The notes under the pieces were generated by a model, which searched no databases, had not been told where the DNA came from, and saw only the letters and a list, made by a program, of their open reading frames with translations. Made by a program: the position numbers and the translations under genes. From an uncultured virus (IMG/VR IMGVR_UViG_3300044724_006669) (Duplodnaviria > Heunggongvirae > Uroviricota > Caudoviricetes), in the IMG/VR virus record IMGVR_UViG_3300044724_006669, positions 51,519 to 71,518 of that record: a stretch of 20,000 bases of DNA. One strand, given 5' to 3'. The first letter of the stretch is position 1. Each line of letters begins with the position of its first letter. Below are positions 9,576 to 16,838 of this stretch, one piece after another.

Positions 9576-12500
9576 TTACTTAAAAAGTGAACTCTTGTTT
9601 ACACCGCCTCCTGAGCTGCCTACAACTTTTGCACCTCTTGCTTTGGCATTTTCTGCTCTCTGTCTTGCTTGTCTGCGTTTCTTAGCAAATAAACTTTCTT
9701 GTAACGGACTAGTTTTAGTTCCAGCATCGTCACTTACAGTGTTACTTCCTGGTTTGGGTTGAACAGGAGGCTGAACAACTGTACCAGAACGTGGTTGCCA
9801 ATCTGATTCTCCTGGTGTAACGTCTGCATCATCTGAATAATTTACAGTTGAATCAGGCAACTTAGCAATCTTATTAGTGACATCATTATTTACTGTTGCA
9901 CTCGAGTAGGGTTGCGTATTTGTCTTACTACCATTGACAGTAGCAGTTTTAAAATTTCCAGCCCTTGGGTCTTGACCAGCAGTTGGTTGAACTTGTCTAC
10001 CACTACGTGCTCCAGGAGGGATAACATTTTTGCTAGGTCTTACTGAATCTCCTGCTCCGCCGAATGCATCCAATCCTGGTTCTTCTACAACATTTTTCTC
10101 AATCTGTTTTTGTTTTGGACTGTTTACTGCATTGTCAAACATTCTTGCTACACCTTGAATTGATTGTGTAAACTTACCATCAGCCAGTTTATTTGTAACA
10201 TTAGTGGCAGCATACACTAAACTTTCAGCGGCTAGGTTTTTTTCTCCTGTGATTTTACTGTCAGAGTTTTCAGAGTTTACAGGTGTCTCTCCAGTGGCCA
10301 TGTTGTAGTCCACTGGTCGATTGAAACGTATTTCAAAAAGTACTTCGCCAGCGTTGCCATTTACACTTCCATCAGGTTCAAATGCCTCTAGGTTACCGGC
10401 ACTATAAAACAATTCACTTTGCATGATAAAATCTGGATCACCTACTATAGTAAGATCAGCTTTGGAAACATCAGCTGGTGAATACAACCTTGATGCCAAT
10501 TGAGCAGCCGGTCGGCCAGCATCGCCTGAAGCACCTTGTGTACTAGAATCTGGTGCACTTTGAAAAAATCTTTTTTCAGCAAATCGTGCATCGTTTCCAA
10601 CTGCTACATCTTCATCTGTGATTAGTCCATCTTTGCCCATTATAGTAACAAAGTTTGATTTAACTTCTATGTCAAAATCTAAAACTTCTGTGTTCAACCC
10701 AGTAAACCAATAATTGTATATCTTGTGAGCACCTCGATACATTGCGGGTGGAAAATAAGGTGATCGTGGTGTGTTAATTTGATATCTTGAGATTCTATAG
10801 GTTATTTGATAAGCATAATCGTTGCGTATCTTGCAATATTCTTTTGGAGCAGCTAACTGGGTAATTCTGTACCATTGTACAGTTCTCACAGGTGGATTAC
10901 GTATTTCTTTGTTGGTTATTTCGTCAAATGCAATGGTTTGTTGAGCAGTTACATATGTAGAATTTTTTAACACTTGATCAATTAATTGTATAATCTGTGT
11001 CCCAGCACTAATACTATACTCTTTGGTTTGCTTGTCAAGAGATACTTTTTCCATGTTTTTTTGTTGATTTGCATCGCTTGATTTTTGCATTGTAGTTTTT
11101 GTAAGATTTGTTCTACCTTGCTTGTTCATTTTAGCATCAATCAATCCAGGTACATCTTCAATTTCGATTATATATTCGTCGGGTATCATACCATTCTTTT
11201 TGGCCAGTTCACGTTGATGCTGATTCAGTGCATCACACAATCCTGATGTTACAGTTCTGTCTTGAAGCCCAAGTTTACCTGCACGTTGTTGTTCGACTGT
11301 AGTTACTTCTTCAGTGGTTGTTGAAGTTACTCTGTTTCGATTTGGAGGTCCACCAGTAAGACCACTGCTGGTTGTAGTGGTAACTATAGGAACCAATGGT
11401 ACTAGTTCGCTGTTGCCGTTAAGCAACTTCTTGACGGTTGATGCACTAAGTTGAAAGTTAAAAGGTATGCTACCTCGTGCAGTTGAATAGCCAACAATAT
11501 TCTGTGGAGTTGCACAATTACAACTGTAGACCACTGCTTTATTGTTAATCTTATAATTGATATCGTTAAACTGAAACGGAATAAACTTTTCAACCAATGC
11601 CTCTGGATCACTGGTGCTTTCTAGCTCAGATATTTCATTGCCAGTTGCTGATGGAAGTTCATTTTTGGTTACCAAATTTCCAAATTCGTCATAGCCATAG
11701 AAACGTATAACCATCAAGTATGTTTGTGCATTGATATTAACTCCAGGCTCCTGCACATGATCAGTTACTGCTTTTTTTAATCTTTCAAGGAACGTAATAC
11801 CTTGTGGTTCAAGAATATCAAAATTCAATTTTGTAACATTATGAGGTGCTCCTGACCCTTGACTGCCTAGCACTGTTTCAAACTCTATATTTTCAATATA
11901 GAAATCAACATCAAAATATTTGTTACGTTCTTCTGCTTTGGCACCACCGCTTTGCAATATCAGTTGTCTAGTTGGCAATGTTTTTTTATCTGTTCCTAAA
12001 AATTGTACATACTCTGATCTATTCATCATGTAGATGGATACACTATAGGTTTGACTAGCAAGTCCTAGTAGAGGGTTTGGTGATGCTTTTATTGGTTTTA
12101 AAAATTCTTCTGCAACGCTGGTACGTCCTTCAACTCCGTCTGCATTGATAGCATTTCCAACATTGTTTCTCTTGACACTGAATGCATCATCTCCAGGAGC
12201 TACTTCTACTTTTCCGCCAGCACCGCCACCACCAGGACCTGTTCCTGTGTTAAGATCATTACCACTTAGCGGAGTTACAGAACCTCCAGTTGCAGAAGCA
12301 ACTGCTGATGTCTGAGTTTGTCCAATTTTTTTAATTGTTGCTCCGCCGCCAACTGTTGATGTGGCTCCGCTGCCTTTTAGGTCGCCAAGTTGATCAAGTT
12401 CATCATTATCAAGAATCGATCTACGTGCATTGGTTGGTTTATTTTTGCTTTCAAGATTAGGAATTATTTGGTCTATATCAGTATCTGCGGTAAAAACTAG

Positions 12501-12938
12501 ATCATTTCCTAAAACTGGCGTAGTAAATCTTGAAGTTTCAACAGAACCAATTTGTTCTGTCTTGATTATTTCACCACTGCTGTTTTTAGTAATGTTTTGT
12601 GTAACAGAGGTAATTTGTGTATTTTTAAAAGCCTGAGTTCGCACACCATTCATTGTGGTTTGCATTGTGGTAACTTCAACTTGATTTTTTGTGATTAATG
12701 TGTTGAGTCTTGACTGTCCAGGATCATTGTTTAATCCAGCGTTTTGTTTTTTTAAGTTGTCAAGTGTGCTAGCCTGGTTGAACAGTTTTTGACTGGTCTT
12801 GGTCCAGCTATTTTCTATGTCACTCCAACTACGTCCCGAAGCTGCTGATACTTCAAGTTCATCTACCTCAGGTTTTGTCTGATTTATTTGCAGTTGTACT
12901 GCTTGTCTTGCAACACCTAGTTGTGCAGAAGTCGTCAT
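9576..12938 (-). CDS. Probable baseplate hub protein (gp27/GpD-like) with long low-complexity N- and C-terminal extensions (1120 aa)
   Basis: Position between gp53-like and gp5-like genes. The core starts at 'PNPLLGLASQTYSVSIY' (~aa 287), includes 'FDILEPQGITFLERL', and ends with the hub-type 'ADLTIVGDPDFI...VTNKLADGKFTQSIQG'. Confidence 0.65.
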   Translation of the reverse strand: MTTSAQLGVARQAVQLQINQTKPEVDELEVSAASGRSWSDIENSWTKTSQKLFNQASTLDNLKKQNAGLNNDPGQSRLNTLITKNQVEVTTMQTTMNGVRTQAFKNTQITSVTQNITKNSSGEIIKTEQIGSVETSRFTTPVLGNDLVFTADTDIDQIIPNLESKNKPTNARRSILDNDELDQLGDLKGSGATSTVGGGATIKKIGQTQTSAVASATGGSVTPLSGNDLNTGTGPGGGGAGGKVEVAPGDDAFSVKRNNVGNAINADGVEGRTSVAEEFLKPIKASPNPLLGLASQTYSVSIYMMNRSEYVQFLGTDKKTLPTRQLILQSGGAKAEERNKYFDVDFYIENIEFETVLGSQGSGAPHNVTKLNFDILEPQGITFLERLKKAVTDHVQEPGVNINAQTYLMVIRFYGYDEFGNLVTKNELPSATGNEISELESTSDPEALVEKFIPFQFNDINYKINNKAVVYSCNCATPQNIVGYSTARGSIPFNFQLSASTVKKLLNGNSELVPLVPIVTTTTSSGLTGGPPNRNRVTSTTTEEVTTVEQQRAGKLGLQDRTVTSGLCDALNQHQRELAKKNGMIPDEYIIEIEDVPGLIDAKMNKQGRTNLTKTTMQKSSDANQQKNMEKVSLDKQTKEYSISAGTQIIQLIDQVLKNSTYVTAQQTIAFDEITNKEIRNPPVRTVQWYRITQLAAPKEYCKIRNDYAYQITYRISRYQINTPRSPYFPPAMYRGAHKIYNYWFTGLNTEVLDFDIEVKSNFVTIMGKDGLITDEDVAVGNDARFAEKRFFQSAPDSSTQGASGDAGRPAAQLASRLYSPADVSKADLTIVGDPDFIMQSELFYSAGNLEAFEPDGSVNGNAGEVLFEIRFNRPVDYNMATGETPVNSENSDSKITGEKNLAAESLVYAATNVTNKLADGKFTQSIQGVARMFDNAVNSPKQKQIEKNVVEEPGLDAFGGAGDSVRPSKNVIPPGARSGRQVQPTAGQDPRAGNFKTATVNGSKTNTQPYSSATVNNDVTNKIAKLPDSTVNYSDDADVTPGESDWQPRSGTVVQPPVQPKPGSNTVSDDAGTKTSPLQESLFAKKRRQARQRAENAKARGAKVVGSSGGGVNKSSLFK

Positions 12939-12939
12939 G

Positions 12940-13245
12940 TTAGATACCTAAAACAGTTTCTAGAGTGCTCTTTTGAGGAAGATAAATGGTTACGCCAGTA
13001 ACAAAATCAAACAGAGGATCTGGTAATTGATTTGGATTACGCATTGCAAATACCCACCAGAGATTACTATCACCATACAAGTCAAACGCTAATAAATCAG
13101 GTCGTAGGTTGTAGGTTTCGTTGATAGTCATTGATAGATCATCGACTAACTTTGGTATCGGTCTTTCGATCATCAATCCAAGATATTGATTGTTAATTAC
13201 TGGGGTGTCAAAATACGGACTGGTACTTTCGTATGATGTCGCCAT
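12940..13245 (-). CDS. gp53: Baseplate wedge protein, gp53 / LysM-like (tail X-type), 101 aa
   Basis: 'YNLRPDLLAFDLYGDSNLWWVFAMRNPNQLPDPLFDFVTGVTIYLP' is the gp53-like signature. The preferred start is ATG 13245, which overlaps the upstream TAA (TAATG coupling), rather than GTG 13251. Confidence 0.88.
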   Translation of the reverse strand: MATSYESTSPYFDTPVINNQYLGLMIERPIPKLVDDLSMTINETYNLRPDLLAFDLYGDSNLWWVFAMRNPNQLPDPLFDFVTGVTIYLPQKSTLETVLGI

Positions 13246-15833
13246 TACCACATTCCTTTCTTGATTAGATTGCCATTTGCATATTCTTTGAGACTAAACT
13301 GCTGACTCACTTGCTTTCTGCTTACAATTGGGTTGAGTACCAAGGTAACATCCATTTTTGTTGGAACATAGGTTGCGCCTTTTGATCCAAGGTTTCCAGG
13401 TGCTGGTTTGTAAGGTTCTGCGGCAGCTTCAAGAGGTTGACTTTGTCCATTGTATGCATTTGTGATCGCAGTTTTCAGTCTGGTTAAACTTGAAAAATTT
13501 CCGTTAGTTACGCTGGTTGCCAATGGCTTTTTATATTGCAACTGTCCATCACGTTGTATCTGTTTGCTTCTTGCACGTATGTAGTTAACATCGTTAGGTA
13601 GGTTGTAATTAAATTCACTTATCACGCAAGGCGATTCATTGAACTGATATTCTCCTAGTCCACTTAGATAAAGCAGTGGCGGCGGTGAACCTCGTTGAGC
13701 ATCATTTCCGTAGAACATTTTGCTACAACTTTTTAAGAAATGTATCACTGCCAATAGATATTCTGCTTCCACAGTATCCTGGGCTGTAAATGTTGCACTA
13801 AGTTGTATTGCGGCGACATTTGAGCCTTGATAAAAATAGTGCTGATAGTTTGAATGTGTTGGTGAGTATTCTTGATAGTTTGCTCTATACTGTATATCTA
13901 TACTTGGTGTGTAAGGAAATATTATTCCATCTGTTTCAGTAAGCGGCGCAAGTATACCAGGTTCTTGAGCTTGATAGAGATATGTTGCTTGTGGAGCCAA
14001 TCGGAGCTTGACTCGCCAATCGCCATCTGCGTTTTTTACACCAGATGCTTCACGCATTTCGCTAATAGTTTGTTGTTGCTGAGCTTTTTGTTTTAGTGCT
14101 TGTGCGTTGATAGCAGCCTGTTGTTGTTCACTAAGAGCAGCCTGTTCAACTCCGTCTATACCATCACCTTCTGCACCATCACCTATATCAGCAACTGGAT
14201 CATCGTCAACTAAACTTTCGCCATCATTCTGTACACGATTGCCAAATGCGTCAAACTCCTCACCTTCTTCATCTTCAAAGTCACCATATTCATCAAAGTC
14301 TTCAACATCTTCGGGTGCTCGAATAGGATCACCAAATTCGTCAAATTGTGCGGCTTCAGGATCACCAAAGTCATCAACTCCAAATTGGTTAACTTCTTCT
14401 GGTGCTTGTAATGGAGTCCCAAATTCGTCAAATTGTGCTGCTTCAGGATCGCCAAAATCATCCACACCAAATTGATTAACATCTGATGGTGATTCATATT
14501 CTGCAAAATCATCAACTTCGGCACCAAAGTCATTGTCTGAATAGTCAGCAAAGTCATCAACTGGCACAGGGTTGTTAATTTCACCAAAGTCATCTACTTG
14601 TGCACCAAAGTCATTGTTGCTATAGCCAGCAAAATCATCTACTGGCACAGGGTTGTTAATTTCACCAAAGTCATCTACTTGTGCACCAAAGTCATTGTTG
14701 CTATAGCCAGCAAAATCATCTACTTGTGCCGGTTCTGGACCAGGGCCAAATGCATCTAAACCTGGGTCCTCTGCACCAAAGTCATTGTTTGAATACCCAG
14801 CAAAATCATCTACTTGTGCCGGTGTGTTTATCTCTCCAAAGTCGTCAACCTGTGCCGGAGGTTGGTACTCAGCAAAATCATCTACTTGTGCAGGTGCTTG
14901 AAATTCTGCAAAATCATCAACTTGTGCAGGTGGACTATATTCAGCAAAGTCATCTACCGGCGTAACATTTTGTGGTGCTCCACCAAAGTCATCTACTTGT
15001 GTAATGCCAGTACCACCAAAATCGTCTACTTGAGATATTTCTTGTGCTGGTCTAGCTGGAGGTGGTGCAGGAGCATTTATATCCGGTCTAGGAGTAGGTT
15101 GTTCAACATTTACATTATCATCTGGAAAATCGTCAAGATACGGACTAGGCGGTGTACCAGGACGTCTAGTATCTACTGGTATTGGCTGAGGATTCCGGAA
15201 ATTCTCGCTATAAGGATCTGCAAAATCAACTTCTGTATTATTTGACTGTACTACTGGCGTAGGTATAGGTGTTGCTTGCCTATAATTTTCTCCATATGCA
15301 TCAGTAAAATCTACATCTGAATCTTGTACTTGTACTGGTCTAGCTGGCGGTGGTGCTGGAAATGGATCTGGTTGTGGTGTTCTATCACTAAAGGCTTGGC
15401 TTGCAATTGTACCTCCACCTTGAAAACTAGTTCCTGAACCAGTTGTGTTGTTTACAGTTTCTGATGCAGGTGGCGATGTTACTACTGGTGTAGGAGGTGT
15501 TGTAAATGGTCTACCAGTAACTGGATTTACTCTTGCAGTGGTTGAACTAGTCGGTGAAGTTACTGTAGGTTGCGTTGTAGGAGTATCAGTAAATGCTGAT
15601 CCAGATCCTGGAGTAGTTCTTGAAGTATTGCTAGCCTGCACTTCTGTTGACTGCGTGCTGGTTACCCGTCCAAAGTTGGCATTTCGACCAGGAGTAGAAA
15701 TAGTGTCAGTAGTGTAATTACCGATTTCACTTGCTGGAATATTTGCAAGTGTTGCCAAAGTGCCTATTGGTGCTCGCGGATACTGCTGAGCAAGCTGATT
15801 CATTCTATCCGCTTTTGCTTGTGAAAATGCCAT
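13245..15833 (-). CDS. Tail-tube initiator / baseplate-tube junction protein (gp48/gp54-like C-terminal domain) fused to a ~600-aa Pro/Thr-rich and acidic repeat region (862 aa)
   Basis: C-terminal ~258 aa 'DWRVKL...GIIFPYTPSI...Y..YSPTHSNY...IQLSATFTAQ...FLKSCSKMFYG...GSPPPLLYLSGLGEYQF..SPCVISEFNYNLP...YVPTKMDVTLVLNP' resembles tube-fold initiators that precede LysM/gp53 genes in contractile systems. AGGAG RBS at 15839-15843. Confidence 0.7.
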   Translation of the reverse strand: MAFSQAKADRMNQLAQQYPRAPIGTLATLANIPASEIGNYTTDTISTPGRNANFGRVTSTQSTEVQASNTSRTTPGSGSAFTDTPTTQPTVTSPTSSTTARVNPVTGRPFTTPPTPVVTSPPASETVNNTTGSGTSFQGGGTIASQAFSDRTPQPDPFPAPPPARPVQVQDSDVDFTDAYGENYRQATPIPTPVVQSNNTEVDFADPYSENFRNPQPIPVDTRRPGTPPSPYLDDFPDDNVNVEQPTPRPDINAPAPPPARPAQEISQVDDFGGTGITQVDDFGGAPQNVTPVDDFAEYSPPAQVDDFAEFQAPAQVDDFAEYQPPAQVDDFGEINTPAQVDDFAGYSNNDFGAEDPGLDAFGPGPEPAQVDDFAGYSNNDFGAQVDDFGEINNPVPVDDFAGYSNNDFGAQVDDFGEINNPVPVDDFADYSDNDFGAEVDDFAEYESPSDVNQFGVDDFGDPEAAQFDEFGTPLQAPEEVNQFGVDDFGDPEAAQFDEFGDPIRAPEDVEDFDEYGDFEDEEGEEFDAFGNRVQNDGESLVDDDPVADIGDGAEGDGIDGVEQAALSEQQQAAINAQALKQKAQQQQTISEMREASGVKNADGDWRVKLRLAPQATYLYQAQEPGILAPLTETDGIIFPYTPSIDIQYRANYQEYSPTHSNYQHYFYQGSNVAAIQLSATFTAQDTVEAEYLLAVIHFLKSCSKMFYGNDAQRGSPPPLLYLSGLGEYQFNESPCVISEFNYNLPNDVNYIRARSKQIQRDGQLQYKKPLATSVTNGNFSSLTRLKTAITNAYNGQSQPLEAAAEPYKPAPGNLGSKGATYVPTKMDVTLVLNPIVSRKQVSQQFSLKEYANGNLIKKGMW
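14307..14480 (-). repeat. Two-copy 87-nt (29-aa) in-frame tandem repeat VNQFGVDDFGDPEAAQFDEFGxPxxAPEx
   Basis: Copies at 14394-14480 and 14307-14393. The first 21 aa are identical and the DNA carries synonymous differences. Confidence 0.9.
14560..14721 (-). repeat. Exact two-copy 81-nt (27-aa) tandem duplication VDDFAGYSNNDFGAQVDDFGEINNPVP
   Basis: 14560-14640 is identical to 14641-14721. A degenerate partial third copy (VDDFADYSDNDFGAEVDDF) follows in protein order. Confidence 0.93.
14802..14957 (-). repeat. 36-nt (12-aa) period array VDDF[AG]ExxxPAQ, four full units plus a fifth VDDF
   Basis: VDDF codons at 14946-14957, 14910-14921, 14874-14885, 14838-14849 and 14802-14813, i.e. an exact 36-nt period with degenerate codons. 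Confidence 0.9.
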
Positions 15834-15850
15834 TCTATCTCCTATGTTAT

Positions 15851-15858
15851 TATTTATG
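15851..15858 (-). promoter_or_regulatory. Putative late promoter CATAAATA at the head of the baseplate operon
   Basis: Minus strand: CATAAATA-ataacatAGGAGataga-ATG (15833). One mismatch to the T4 late consensus TATAAATA, and next to a gp55-like gene. Confidence 0.7.
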
Positions 15859-15884
15859 GTAATTAAAAACGGCTAATATAATGA

Positions 15885-15912
15885 TTGACAAACCCTATGC
15901 AACGTGTATAAT
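15885..15912 (+). promoter_or_regulatory. Sigma70-type promoter for the late-sigma/gp47 operon
   Basis: Perfect TTGACA (15885-15890), 16-nt spacer, perfect TATAAT (15907-15912), then AAGGAG RBS (15925-15930) and ATG 15940. Confidence 0.8.
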
Positions 15913-15939
15913 AAGTACTATTATAAGGAGAATTATAGA

Positions 15940-16830
15940 ATGGCAGCTTTTAAAGCACCTAGAAAAGTCAACTATCTTAACAATCGAGACATACTAAAAG
16001 AAATTCACAAAAGCAAAAGCACTTACTGCTCATTTCTCGAAAAAAAATATGCACAGTACGATATTATTTTGCCAAGTGTGGACAAGATCAACCAACGTAG
16101 TGTTGCAGAAGCAAGACGAAACAAAGCAGACAGAATCAAAAGAGAAACTGGTGAAATAGTTGATCCACGCAAACTCAGCAATCAAGAACTGGTATTTCGT
16201 GTAACCTGTTGGGATCATATTCCAATGGTACCAAAAAAACTTACCAAAGCACAAATAAAGAAAAAAAGCAAACTAGAAGAAATATTAGAAATGGATAATG
16301 TAGACTATGAAGATGATGGTCTTCAAGAACTGATCTCAGATACAAAACAAGATCTTAATTATGTGAAACTTAACTTTCCTCCATTTTGGCACTACATGAT
16401 TGATGAAAATCGTGTGCCATATGTTGTAGGCAAATCACATTGGATTGGCGGAATGGAAAACGGACATTTTTCAAAAGATCACGGTAAGATGACGGATAAA
16501 CTAGCACATATGTTGATTAAGTTATGCGAAAGATATGCAACTAGATCAAACTGGCGTGGATATACCTACAATGAAGAAATGCGTGGTACTGCACTATTAC
16601 AATTGAGTCAAATTGGGTTACAGTTTAATGAAGATAAAAGTCAAAATCCATTTGCTTACTATACTGCCGCTATAACAAACAGTTTTACAAGAGTGTTAAA
16701 CATCGAAAAGAAAAATCAAAACATACGTGATGATATACTTGAACAAAATGGATTGAATCCAAGTTGGACAAGACAGTTTAACAACTCACCAGAAGCAAAA
16801 GAACTACAACCAGACGTTGCTAAAAAATAG
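15940..16830 (+). CDS. gp55: Late-transcription sigma factor, T4 gp55-like, with large internal insertion (296 aa)
   Basis: 'NYLNNRDILKEI' resembles T4 gp55 'NYVNNKELLQAI'. 'ERYATRSNWRGYTYNEEM...QFNEDKSQNPFAYYTAAITNSFTRVLNIEKKNQ' resembles the gp55 region 2 (GYT...EM...FD..K..NP.AY.T....NaF...i.kE.K). It sits upstream of gp47/gp46 as in T4-like phages. ATG 15940 is preferred over GTG 15904 because of the RBS and the promoter position. Confidence 0.85.
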   Translation: MAAFKAPRKVNYLNNRDILKEIHKSKSTYCSFLEKKYAQYDIILPSVDKINQRSVAEARRNKADRIKRETGEIVDPRKLSNQELVFRVTCWDHIPMVPKKLTKAQIKKKSKLEEILEMDNVDYEDDGLQELISDTKQDLNYVKLNFPPFWHYMIDENRVPYVVGKSHWIGGMENGHFSKDHGKMTDKLAHMLIKLCERYATRSNWRGYTYNEEMRGTALLQLSQIGLQFNEDKSQNPFAYYTAAITNSFTRVLNIEKKNQNIRDDILEQNGLNPSWTRQFNNSPEAKELQPDVAKK

Positions 16831-16838
16831 GAATACAC

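Noticed and set aside
14300..15030. Recurrent ~18-nt DNA motif (aaagtcatctacttgtgc-like) at ~33-45-nt spacing, superficially CRISPR-like
   Set aside because: The copies are in frame, vary at synonymous positions and encode VDDF. The 'spacers' are themselves repeated, and there are no cas genes in the window.
14340..15030. Similarity of DDFGE/DDFAEF to eukaryotic gamma-adaptin-ear binding motifs and of xFG to nucleoporin FG repeats
   Set aside because: The gene context is entirely bacteriophage (gp55, gp46/47, baseplate, sigma70 promoters, SD sites). The resemblance is most simply convergent low-complexity sequence.
14107..15717. Alternative-frame and antisense ORFs over the repeat gene (14107-14475, 14210-14593, 14681-14965, 14814-15245, 15445-15717)
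   Set aside because: Shadow ORFs produced by repetitive, biased codon usage. They have no RBS or recognisable motifs.
3427..15833. Interpretation as a bacterial T6SS/eCIS/tailocin locus
   Set aside because: An adjacent gp55-like sigma, gp47/gp46 and T4-like late promoter motifs indicate a phage genome. No T6SS membrane complex or eCIS ATPase is seen.
15904..15939. ORF-track GTG start of the sigma gene (and GTG 13251 for gp53)
   Set aside because: GTG 15904 lies within the promoter, upstream of the RBS, and ATG 15940 has AAGGAG at proper spacing. For gp53, ATG 13245 gives a TAATG coupling.
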